The notes below the pieces were generated by a model, which was not told where the DNA came from, searched no databases, and saw nothing but the letters and a program-made list of their open reading frames with translations. The position numbers were made by a program, and so were the translations under genes. Below, in pieces: positions 39,601 through 51,265 of a stretch of DNA of 64,000 nt. The DNA lies in NCBI RefSeq assembly GCF_037042905.1, contig NC_087250.1, forward strand, positions 16,370,001 through 16,434,000, in the 5' to 3' direction. The DNA comes from Lytechinus pictus (taxonomy: Eukaryota). Every line of letters begins with the position of its first letter. The first letter of the stretch is position 1.

Positions 39601-40928
39601 CTTCGGGGCACCGTAGACCCCGTCCCCCTTTTTGTGCACCAATGTTTACGCCTAGATCGATGGAGTGATTAATAAAGATAAATTTGGTTGATTTTCAAGA
39701 CATAAAATGGTGATTTCGATTAGCGGCGAATTTATTACCAGCCCCCGGCCACCAAAGTAGAATAGTTGGAATACACTTACATAATATATAGCACGCCAAT
39801 AACAGCTTGCGCGATATTTTTGGCAATACACTTCAACCTATCGGAGCACCGTAGACCCCGTCCCCCTTTTTTGTGCACCAATGTTCACCCTTAGATCCAT
39901 GGAGTGATTACGGAAGATCAATTTGGTTGATTTTCAAGACATAAAATGGTGATTTCGATTAACGGCGAATATATTACCAAACCAAAGTGGAATTGTTGTA
40001 ATACACACAGCACGCGCGATATTTTCGGCAATGCACCCCAACCTTTCGGGGCACCGTAGACCCCGTCCCCCATTTTGTGCACCAATGTTTACCCCTAGAT
40101 CGATGAAGTGATTACAGAAGATCAATTTGGTTGATTTTCAAGACATAAAACGGTGATTTCGATTAGCGGCGAATTTATTACCAGCCCCCGGCCACCAAAG
40201 TGGAATAGTTGGAATACACGTGTATAATATATAGCACGCCATAACAGCTCGCGCGATATTTTCGGCTATGCACCCCGAACTTTCGGGGCACCGCAGACCC
40301 CGTCCCTCTTTTCTGTGCACCAATGTTCACGCCTAGATCGATGGAGTGATTAATGAAGATCAATTTGGTTGATTTTCAAGACATAAAATGGTGATTTCGA
40401 TTAGCTGCGAATTTATTACCAGCCCCCGGCCACCAAAGTGGAATAGTTGGAATACACGTATATAATATATAGCACGCCATAACAGCTCGCGCGCATATTT
40501 TCGGCTATGCACCCCGAACTTTCGGGGCACCGTAGACCCCGTCCCCCTTTTCTGTGCACCAATGTTCACGCCTAGATCGATGGAGTGATTAATGAAGATC
40601 AATTTGGTTGATTTTCAAGACATAAAATGGTGATTTCGATTAGCGGCGAATTTATTACCAGCCCCCGGCCACCAAAGTAGAATAGTTGGAATACACTTAC
40701 ATAATATATAGCACGCCATAACAGCTTGCGCGATATTTTTGGCAATACACCCCAACCTTTCGGGGCACATTAGACCCCGTCCCCCTTTTTTTTGTGCACC
40801 AATGTTCACCCCTAGATCGATGGAGTGACTACAGAAGATCAATTTGGTTGATTTTCAAGACATAAAATGGTGATTTTGATTAACGGCGAATATATTACCA
40901 AACCAAAGTGGAATTGTTGTAATACACA
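18620..40928. repeat. Satellite DNA array, ~22.3 kb, ~237-241-bp monomers plus ~206-bp short variants, roughly 95 units
   Basis: Recurrent TTTTCAAGACATAAAATGGTGATTTCGATTAGCGGCGAA...CCTTTCGGGGCACCGTAGACCCCGTCCCC...TAGATCGATGGAGTGATT; ORF-track spacing of 237/238/241 and 206 bp. Unit count estimated from length. Confidence 0.98.
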
Positions 40929-41053
40929 TTCTTTTTCTTTTTTTCTTCTTTTTTATTTTTTTTTTATTTTTTTTTTCTTTTTCTCTATTTTTTTTTCTCT
41001 TTTTTTTCTTTTTATTCATTTTTTCTTTTTCTTTTCTTTTTCCTTTCTTTTTT
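40929..41053 (+). repeat. T/C-rich low-complexity tract abutting the end of the satellite
   Basis: Almost pure T with interspersed C and A. Confidence 0.9.
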
Positions 41054-41517
41054 ATGCGTTATGTTTCTTGCAGTGCGTGTGATTTTCTTCTGCTACAGGA
41101 GATGCAACAGAGAAAACAAAAGTAAACTAGATTTGTGGCCTGATAAAACTTCAGGTTTCAGGACACCGAAAACTAAAGTATGGGATGACAGTGCAAAAAA
41201 CAAACAAAAACAAAACAAAATCAAAACTTAAAAACAAAACCAAAACAAACCAACAAACAAACAAACGAAACTTCTCTCCTTATCCTATTCTCCTTTCTGT
41301 CCCCCTGACAAAACACTAAATTAAAGAAATCGGATAATTAGCAAAGAGTACGAAAGGGGGAAAAATACTGATCGTATATGTATGTAAAAACCGATCGACT
41401 GCACACCGATTGAGATCAATGCAAACCAAACGAGAGAGTAAAAAAGAAAAAAAAAAAAAAAGGGGGGGGGGGGGGGTTCCACGACGATCACTGAGCTCCG
41501 TGTTACTTGCTGCCCTC

Positions 41518-41668
41518 GGGGGGGGGGGCGGGGCGTTTTATCAACATTTTTGTCAGACAAGTTGTCAGATCTGACATCTTTCCCTGTTTCTGATTGGCTG
41601 AGAAGCACTGAAACTATGGTAACTGTCGGATAAAACGTCTGACATGTCCTTTCATGAAATGCTCCCCT
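41518..41668. mobile_element. Short MITE-like element (Harbinger-like ends)
   Basis: GGGGCGGGCGTTTTATCAA... and ...TTCATGAAATGCTCCCC form imperfect TIRs; internal palindrome TGTCAGATCTGACA. Confidence 0.5.
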
Positions 41669-41859
41669 GATGTCGATGTAGTGAGATGACATATGATAAA
41701 AAATATAGGATCATAGGAAGTAAGTAAAAATCGACCATGTATCTGCATCTTCTGCTTTGTGTCTCCCTTTCATGAATTTAACACTTGTAGAAAAAATTAT
41801 AATAATAAATTAATAACTAGATTTTAATTCGTCATGCGGACGAATTAGGTGGTCTGTCG

Positions 41860-42292
41860 TATAGATAGATAAAGAGGAAAAAAAAATATTTAAACAGACA
41901 TTAGATTGAAAAATAGATAGACGAACAGATTTACATAATCAAACAGATACATATAAGAAAGATAATTATATATATAGATGGAAGGAGTGATGGATGGATA
42001 GATAACTTATAGGTGGTTATATTAATAAAACATAGACATATAAATAGATAGAGAGACAGACATATAGATAGATAGATAAATAGATAGATAGATATATAGT
42101 TAGATAGAGAGATGATAGGTGGCTATAAACATAGATAAATATATACAGAAAGAGAGACAGGCATATAGATAGCTAGATAGATAGAGACAGGCAGATAGAT
42201 GGATAGATAGATAGACATATCTAAACAGATAGATACATATATATTAGACACAGAGAGAGAGAGAGATAGATAGACAGATAGATATACAATGT

Positions 42293-42347
<55 letters not shown>

Positions 42348-42543
42348 CAGTATATATGTAGGTATACATATATATAGATAGAGAGACAGACATATAGAGA
42401 GATATAGAGACAGAGAGACAGAAATATTGATAGATAGAGAGACAGACATATATATATATAGATAGATAGATAGATAGATAGACATATATATAGATACAGA
42501 GACAGACATATAGATAGGTAGAGAGACAGACAGACAGATAGAC

Positions 42544-42594
<51 letters not shown>

Positions 42595-42832
42595 GACAGG
42601 CAGATAGATGGATAGATAGATATACATATCTAAACAGATAGATACATATACATTAGACAGAGAGAGAGAGAGAGAGATAGACAGATAGATAGATATACAA
42701 TGTAGGTAGATAGACAGACAGACATATGGATAAATAGAGAGAGGGGGACACATTCAAACAGATAGATATATATTAGACAGAGAGATAGATATGTCATGTA
42801 GGTAAATAGACAGACAGATAGATATACAATGT

Positions 42833-42898
<66 letters not shown>

Positions 42899-43091
42899 TA
42901 TATATGTAGGTATACATATATATAGATAGAGAGACAGACATATAGAGAGATATAGAGACAGAGAGACAGAAATATTGATAGATAGAGAGACAGACATATA
43001 TATATATAGATAGATAGATAGATAGATAGACATATATATAGATACAGAGACAGACATATAGATAGGTAGAGAGACAGACAGACAGATAGAC

Positions 43092-43142
<51 letters not shown>

Positions 43143-43382
43143 GACAGGCAGATAGATGGATAGATAGATATACATATCTAAACAGATAGATACATATACA
43201 TTAGACAGAGAGAGAGAGAGAGAGATAGATAGACAGATAGATAGATATACAATGTAGGTAGATAGACAGACAGACATATGGATAAATAGAGAGAGGGGGA
43301 CACATTCAAACAGATAGATATATATTAGACAGAGAGATAGATATGTCATGTAGGTAGATAGACAGACAGATAGATAGATATA
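41860..43382 (+). repeat. Compound (GATA)n/(GACA)n/(TA)n/(GA)n microsatellite containing an ~540-560-bp tandem duplication
   Basis: GATAGATATACAATGTAGG(TA)n...CAGAAATATTGATAG...GGGGGACACATTCAAAC occurs twice (~42265-42805 and ~42806-43360), differing mainly in microsatellite lengths. Confidence 0.92.
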
Positions 43383-43485
43383 ATATCAAAAAAGTAATTA
43401 TAATCTGTTTTATTTTGCAAAATTTTAGCTATTATTTATTAGAATTCTTATAATTGATCATGGGCAAGATAGCTTAAAAAAAATC

Positions 43486-43567
43486 GTGTTCACCCGCGGA
43501 CTCGAACCCCTGCCCGCATAATGGAATGAGAAGCAAGTCTGACGCCTAACCGATTGAGCTAGAATAT
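43486..43567 (-). ncRNA. tRNA-like (Pol III A/B-box) sequence, SINE-head or pseudo-tRNA
   Basis: Minus strand: TAGCTCAATCGG (A box) ... GGTTCGAGTCC (B box), degenerate acceptor stem, followed by a T-run (43476-43483). No canonical anticodon arm. Confidence 0.65.
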
Positions 43568-46500
43568 TTCCCATAGGCTTTACACGTAAGCAAAACACGA
43601 GAATCTCAAATCCAATCTTGCAAGTGAAATACAGGCATGATCCCGGCATCTGATCGGAAAATGAAGGAACACTTCCGAAAGCTTAGAATCTCAGCTACAA
43701 CATTTTAAAAGCTCAGGGATAACTGACAAGAAAAAATGGAGATATGACTCACGAAATAAAGGAATGTAGTATCTAGTTTTGAGAAAAAGTCATGTCCCAT
43801 AGAGATTACACGCAAAATGAGTTAGTCCGGGTTATAATTGAGCAAGGTGCCACTTGGAGAAGGAGAAATTTTCATATAGTGCTTCTAGACCAGTGTTTTA
43901 CGCTGAATATGAATATATGAGGTAAACAGGCTGTATACTGATAATTAACCCGTGAGGACGCTTTTTTCAAAATGGCCGCCATCTTTTTATAAAATTTGAA
44001 TATTCGTACATAGATTTTTACATAAGCATCCAATTGCCATGGAATTAGTGTCATATGAAAGCCAATGAAATTTCCTACAATTTGGAACTATTTATAGGGG
44101 GAGATTTTGAGTAGAAAACTTCATTTTTTTGTATTTTTTCCAAAAAATTGGAAATTCTGTAAATACATGATTTTACATAATTCTAAGAAAAATGAATTAA
44201 TTACCTTGAAAAGTTTTTTAATATATTATTATTACATGGATGAAATTTCAACTCTGTATCATTTTTAAAGCAAATTTATAAGGTATCAAACTTGAATTAT
44301 TCAATATCAGAAATGTTGCTTTTTGTATGCATTTCCATAGACTAATACGTATAACATGTATAATACATGTATGTATAATGTATAGTTAAAACATGGAGCT
44401 ATTAAAAGAGCTGTTAATAGCTCTATGGTAAAACTTAAATGTAATTATGTCCGCTAGTTAATCACTTGCAGAGTTAAGAGTAGGCTTTTCTCTATCAGCT
44501 ACATAGAAGAAAATGTTGGCACATCGATGCTTAACATTTTCATGGGGGTGGGGGTTTCGAAGTCCCCCCCCCCCCCTGGCTATATCATGTTGTTGTATTT
44601 ATTTGAAAATCACTATTTTCTGAAGCACCCATTGAGGCAAAAGGCAATTCTGTTATACAGTACAGACACTTTAATTACTTTAAAACCACTTGGAGAGGAA
44701 AAGAGTAGGCTTTGTTCTATTTGTTCTACCAGCTACATCAAAAGAAGTATCACATCGAAGCCTACCCCTCTCGGGGGGGGGGGGGGGGTATGGAGGTCAC
44801 CCCTTCCCCTTTTGCTTATTGCTAATTCATTTGGAAATTCACAATTTTGGACCCAACATTGAGGCAAAAAAGCGTTTGTGCATTATAGTACACCCCATTT
44901 TATTGATTTGAAAGAGTATAGTTCGTTCTACCAGCTACATAAATAAGCGCACGCACATCGAACCCTAGCCCTCTCAGGTGCTGTCAAAGTCACCCCCACC
45001 CTCCTCTATATCATGTATATTGCCTATTTATTGAAAATTACACCATTTTAAATCACCAATTGAGGCAAAAGGGTATTTCTACTATATAGTACAGCCAATT
45101 TTATTTTCTTGCAATGACTTGGATAGGAAAGAGTAGACTTTGCTCCATCAGCTATATATTAACAAGTGCTGGCAAGTAAAAGCCTACCCCCTCCGGGATG
45201 CAGTTGAAATCACCCCATCCCTTTCGCATTATTGCATATTTATTGAAAAATTCACCATTTTGAAGCCCCCATTTAGGCAAAAAGGCTTTTCTGATATATA
45301 GTTCTTCCACTTTTACTGCCTTGAAACCACTTAGGGAGGAAAGAATAGGTTTTGCGTTATCAACCAATTATAAAGAAGTGCAGGCAAATAAAAACCTACC
45401 CCCTCCGGGAAGCTGTTGAAATCACCCCATCCCTTTTGATGGGGTTTTTAAACCCCCATTGAGGCAAAAAGTCATTTCTGATTACAACTCTGCCTTTTTA
45501 CTACCTTGGAACCACTTGGAGAGGAAACAATCATGGCAATAGGCTTTGCTCTATCAGCTACATACAAAGATGTGCTGGCAAATAAAAGCCTACTCCCTTC
45601 AGGGGAGTGTCGAAATTACCCACCCCCCTTGAAATTCACCATTTTGGAGCCCCCATTGAGGCAAAAGGGTATTTCTGATATATAGTTCTGCATTTTTTCA
45701 CCCTTGAAACCACTTGGAGGGAAAAGAATAAATTCTTTGCTTTAACAGCTACATATAAAGCATATCCCCATCAGAGGACTGTTGAAATCACCCCACCCTC
45801 TTTTCATTATTGCTTATTTATTGAAAATTCACCATTTTGGTGCCCCCATTGAGACAAAAAGGTGGTTTTGATATATAGTTCTGCCACTATTACCACCTTG
45901 AAAGAGTAGGCTTTCCTCTATCAGCTAGAAGCTAGATAAAGCAGTGGCTGTACTATATACCAGAAACACCTTTTTGCCTCAATGGGGGCTCGAAAATGGC
46001 GAGTTTTTCAATGAATTGGCAAAAATCGTAAAAAAGGTGGGGTTACAGCTATAGTCCCTGAAGTGGGTCAGGCGTCGATATGGCAGCAATTCATTATATA
46101 TAGCTGAAAGAGGAGAACCTACTCTTTGCTCTCCAAATGGTTTCAAGAAAATGAAATCGGTTTTTTTTATACAGCAGAGGTGTATATTGTCTCAATGGTG
46201 GCTCAAAATTGTGAATTTTCAAATAATTAGGCAATAATGCAAAAGGGGTGGAATGGTTTGACTGCCGCCCAGATGGGTAAGCTTCAATGTGCCAACACTT
46301 CTTTATAGGTAGCTGATAGAGCAAAGCATATTCTGTCCGCCTACTATTTCAAGGCAGTAAAAGTGGCAGAACTATATACATGTATCAGAGATTCTTTTAT
46401 ACCTCAATGGGGCTCAAAAATGGTTAATTTTCCAATAAATAGGCAATAATGCAAAGGGGAGAGGGGGTGATTTTGACAGCCCCCAGAAGGCGGTAGGCTT

Positions 46501-47233
46501 TTATTTGCAAACACATCTCTATAGCTGATAGAGCAAAGCCTATTCCTTCCTCTCTTAGCGGTTTCAAGGCAATAAAAGTGGCAGAACTATATATCTGAGA
46601 GGAATTTTGCTTCAATGGGGGCTCCACAATAGTGAATTTTCAACAGGTAGCCAAATACCGAAAATTAGTGAGGTAACTTTTACAGCCTGAAGGAGATAGG
46701 CTTCGATTTGCCAACACTTCTTTATATGGAGCTAATAGAGCTAAGCCTACTCTGTCCTCTCTAAGTCATTGCAAGTAATAGAATTTGCTGTAATCTATAG
46801 TAGAAACGCCCTTTTGCTTTAATAGGTGATCCAAAATTGTGAATGTCCAATAGATAGTCAAATACCGAAAATTGGTAAGGTAAATTCTACAGCCCGCTGA
46901 ACATTCTGAAGGGGATAGGCATTGATTTGCCAACACTTCTTTATAGCTGATAGAGCAAAGTCTATACTCTTTCTTCTCTAAGTCATTGCAAGAAAATAGA
47001 ATTTGCTGTACTCTATAGTAAAAACGCCCTTTTGCTTTAATAGGTGATTCAAAATTGTGAATGTCCAATAGATAGTCAAATACCGAAAATTGGTAAGGTA
47101 AATTCTACAGCCCGCTGAACATTCTGAAGGGGATAGGCATTGATTTGCCAACACTTCTTTATAGCTGATAGAGCAAAGTCTATACTCTTTCTTCTCTAAG
47201 TCATTGCAAGAAATTAAAATTGGCTGTACTATA

Positions 47234-48223
47234 CAGTGCGTATCAAAAAAAAGTTTACACTTTGAAAAAGCCCTGGGAATTAAAAAATATACAGCATGTG
47301 GGTAATTTTTTCACATATGATTATGGGTTTGGGTCTCATCTATCCAATGAAAGTAAAAGTTTTGACAGAATGTTACACTTGAGTGAGCACTGTCCATTTT
47401 TGTAAAGCTCGCAGAAATCTGTTTGCGCAGAAATGCTTGTTTTCACGCTGTGTCAAGGGGAAAGGGTGAAATCAAACTTACCCTGCGAAGCATTTTTCAT
47501 AAATTTCCTGGAGCACTTTTAGCCAATTGAAATAAAACGGATACATTCAAGCATTTTGTAACAATTTTGCCGCCCAAATTTGAAATTTCAACACTTAGTA
47601 AGCACAACATTTACCCTTTTTGTGTCAGCTGGATCTGAGTACATAACTGAATCTGAACAAAAGTTTATATCAGACATTTCCAGCATTTTTCACTTTCAAG
47701 TTTGTATCATTTAAAGTTGGTTTACATTTCATTTTCATTTAATACTTGTTTCTCCACAATTTTCCCAAGCTTGGAAATGATTAACAAAATGAAAATCAAG
47801 CCCAAGCCATTTCACGTAAATCACAGCTCAGTGTAAAGCAAATATCGTCACGATGGACTCGGTGTGTGGGGGAGTGGGATGGGGCGCAATGCACTCTTCG
47901 AAGTGTTTTGGGCGAGGAAACAAGTTTAAAAAGGTAAAAGATATCTTCATATCAATTTTACTTGCTAAGTTCCAAGAGTTCTTCATGATTAAGGTCTACT
48001 TTTATTCGCATAACTATTTCAAAGTTCTGCGCAAATCATTTTTTACCAACTTTTCAAAAGTAAGTGGTGCTCACTCAAGCGGAAATATTTTTCGACAGTT
48101 ATATCGTCATTTGCTTGAATGGATCTGTACCAATGCTAAAATGTGGAAAAATCGTCAGGATATTACAAATATATAATTTTACAGGATTTTTTCTAAGTGT
48201 AAACTTTTTTTTGATACGCACTG
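47234..48223 (+). mobile_element. Tc1/mariner-type MITE family A, copy 1 (990 bp)
   Basis: TIR CAGTGCGTATCAAAAAAAAGTTTACACTT and its reverse complement; TA TSD. Confidence 0.92.
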
Positions 48224-48357
48224 TATAGTAGAAACGCGCTTTTGCCTCAATGGGTGATCCAAAATTGTGAAAAATCCAATAAAATATGCATATACATGAT
48301 ATAGAGGGGGGGGGGGTTGACTTAGACAGGCGCTGAGAGGGATAGGGTTTATATATA

Positions 48358-49176
48358 CAGTGCGTCCCAGAAAAAACGAAACCGAGATTTATCGATGATT
48401 TATCATAACTTAATCACAAATACAATCGACAAATGACCTACCATTTTAAAGCTTAGAATCTCCTCTTTCATCTGGTATTACTTAGATTATTTTTTATGCA
48501 CGCATGAGTGAGCAAAAACAATTTGAAAAGGGGATACCAAAAAGTCACTTGGCGGGCCGTATCTGGGTTTTCAAAAGAAAACCAGATTTTTAAAAAGTCC
48601 AATATCTGCTCCTTAATTTGATACCTCAATTACAGAAAATGGTCAAGAAATAACAAAGTTCTGGTTATTTGAAATAAGGCTTGAATTTCAATAATTTCAT
48701 AAAATGAAGAGGTTTTACAGGCAAGCGTCCAAACTCACTCGACACTCCGTTTTGTTGACGATCAACCATGCATTAAGTCTTTTGTTACCGTGCGATAGCT
48801 TCTGTGGGAAACCGTTGAAAACACGTTTATTTAATGAAATTATGGAAAAACAAGCATTGTTTCGGGGGATCATAACTTTTTTACTTCTTGACCATTTTCT
48901 GTGATTAAGGTATCAAATAAAAGAGCAGATATTGAACGTTTTAGTCATGTGATTTTCTTTTTGAAATTCAGATACCCCCCGCCAAATGAGATTTTGACAT
49001 CCTTTCTTCGAATTGTTTTTGCTCACTCATGCGTGAATGAGGAATAATCTAAGTAATACCAGATGAAAGAGGATATTCTAAGCTTTACATTGGTAGGTCA
49101 ATTGTCTATTTTATTTATGATTAAATTATGATAAATCATCGCTAAATCTCGGTTTCGTTTTTTCTGGGACGCACTG
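48358..49176 (+). mobile_element. Tc1/mariner-type MITE family B, copy 1 (819 bp)
   Basis: Long TIRs starting CAGTGCGTCCCAGAAAAAAACGAAACCGAGATTTA; TA TSD in a TA run. Confidence 0.92.
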
Positions 49177-51265
49177 TATATATAGCTGATAAACTCTACT
49201 CTATTCTACTCTTTCCTCTCTAAGTGGTTTCAAATCAATAAAATGGGATGTACAACAAAGCACAAACGCTTTTTGGTCTAAATGTTGGGTCCAAAATTGT
49301 TAATTTTCAAATAAATTGGCAATATTAAGCAAAAGTTCTCCCCCCCCCCGAGAGGGGTAGGCTTCGATGTGCTACTTCTTTAGATAGCCTATTCTTTCCT
49401 CTCCAAGTGGTTTCAAAGCAATCAAAGTGGCTGTACTGTATAGCAGAAATGCCTGTTTTGCTTCAAATAGGCAATTTACAACAACATGATATAGCAAAGT
49501 GCAAGGGGGGGGGGGTGACTTCGACACCCCCACCCCCATGAGAGGGTCAGGCCTTGATGTGCCAACATTTTTTTTTTATGTAGCTGATAAAGAAAAGCCT
49601 ACTCTTAACTCTCCAAGTGGTTAAAAAGCGGAGATAATTGCATTTAATTTTAACTACCGGTAAACATTATACATACATGCATTATACATGTTATACGTAT
49701 TAGTCTATGGAAATGCATACAAAAAGCGACATTTCTGATACTGATGAATTAAAGTTTGATACCTTATAAATTTGTTTTAAAAAATGATACAGAGTTGAAA
49801 TTTCATCCACATGATAATAATATATTATTAAAGTTTTCAGGAATATTTCAAGGTAATTGATTCATTTTTCTTAGAATTATATGAAATCATGAATTTGCAA
49901 AATTTTCTATTTTTGGGAAAAAAATACAAAAAATGCAGTTTTCTACTTAAAATCTCGGCTAAATGACCTACTTATCCCCTATGAATATTACCAAATTGTA
50001 GGAAATTTCATTGGCTTTTATATGATAGTAATTTTATGGCAATTGGATGCTTATGTAAAAAAATATGTACGAATATTCAAATTTTATGAAAATTTGGCGG
50101 CCATTTTGAAAAAAGCGCCCTCACGGGTTAATTTTCAGGATACAGCCTGTTTACCTCATATATTCATATTCAGCGTAAAAAACTGGTCTAGAAGCACTAT
50201 ATGAAAATTTCTCCTTCTCCAAGTGGCACCTTGCTCAATTATAACCCGGACTAAGTAAAAATGACACGCCTTTATTATTTGCAATTTTTGAGGATGATCC
50301 GTTTATTAAAATGAATAATAAAGGCAATAATTCAGAAAAAGTAAGACCTAAGCTACAACATATCCAAAATTGGGTGAAAATCGACCAATATTCACAAATT
50401 TGAGCCAAATTTGCATAATTATAATGACGTCATAATACGCAAAATTGATATTTTGACTTCCGACGCCATTTTGATGACGTCATGATATAATTGAGGGTCA
50501 AATGAGACATGAAATTATATCTCTAATTCATACTCTATCAAAATATTAAAAAAATTGGGGGTACCCTTGCGTTCTGAAGAGCTACAGCGGATTTTCTATA
50601 GGCATGTTTTTGCCCATATATGGCCTATAGTGAGCGCTCGCGCGCACACGTGCTGCAAACTTAAACGGGTGTTGATTTCCTTATTATTGGTCGTAGAAGG
50701 TTGATTAAGGTACCAAATTGCTCAAAATTATATTATCAATGCAATGATATATATATATATATAAAAACGGTGTTTCTTAGTTGCGTTAAGGCGTTACGCA
50801 AATTTTTGCAATGCTTAAAATGACCTAAAACGTACTTTACTTCGGTCAAAAGGTAATTTTAAGCATTTTAAAATATTGACGTGCGCGTACGCGCGCGTCG
50901 TGAACTTCAGGTGACCTTTGATGACAAGACCTGATGATTCTTGACATGAAATTTATGTCATGTAAATTTGATTGATTTTTAATAATTGATAATGGAGATA
51001 TGATTGATAATGTGATTTTACAAAATGGCGTCTAGATGACGTCATCATAACTTGATGACCTTGAAAAGCTTATTTTGGCATTTCCATGACAGACCCTATA
51101 GATGACTTGAAATTCAATTAAATAGACACAGTCAAATTCGAGTTATCTTGGCGACAAATATATAGCCATTAAAAATAAATAATAAAAATAAAGAAAATTC
51201 TGACGAAATTAAGAGGTGATCTGTCATAGACAGACCACCTAAAAAATAAGGGGGCGACGAAAAAT

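Larger units (their letters stand above)
44450..49640. repeat. Diverged ~200-220-bp internal tandem repeat, + orientation to ~45935 then inverted
   Basis: Unit motifs CACTTGGAGAGGAAAAGAGTAGGCTTTGCTCTATCAGCTA and CCCCATTGAGGCAAAA recur, then appear as reverse complements after ~45940. 46847-46995 and 47066-47213 are near-identical. Confidence 0.82.
43823..50253. mobile_element. Academ-like non-autonomous DNA transposon with very long TIRs (fold-back)
   Basis: Ends TAGTCCGGGTTATAATTGAGCAAGGTGCCACTTGGAGAAGG / exact reverse complement; 3-bp TSD AGT (43820-43822, 50254-50256); inverted similarity extends about 1.1 kb inward. The superfamily call rests on TAG termini plus the 3-bp TSD. Confidence 0.85.
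41817..51240 (-). mobile_element. Helentron/Helitron2-associated non-autonomous element (HINE/DINE-1-like)
   Basis: Subterminal IR AGGTGGTCTGTC (41847-41858) / GACAGACCACCT (51229-51240); 5' hairpin partner AGGTGATCTGTC (51214-51225); 3' stem-loop AATTCGTC-atgcg-GACGAATT (41826-41846) then CTAG; T-rich target on the minus strand; internal microsatellites. Confidence 0.8.

Noticed and set aside
18536..40842. About 100 short Cys-rich ORFs (e.g. MVHKKGGRGLRCPERLGC...) as a tandem peptide gene family
   Set aside because: They are translations of the satellite monomer. Most start at TTG, homopolymer indels shift frames freely, and there is no signal peptide or splice structure.
18620..40928. CRISPR-like array or ribozyme array
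   Set aside because: Whole monomers repeat with no unique spacers, there are no cas genes, and I saw no hammerhead core (CTGANGA...GAAA).
42123..43349. Tyr/Ile/Leu/Ser-rich ORFs, also at 62671-62915 and the Phe-rich ORF at 40867
   Set aside because: Translations of microsatellite or low-complexity DNA.
43486..43567. Functional tRNA gene
   Set aside because: The acceptor stem is mismatched and no canonical anticodon stem-loop is present.
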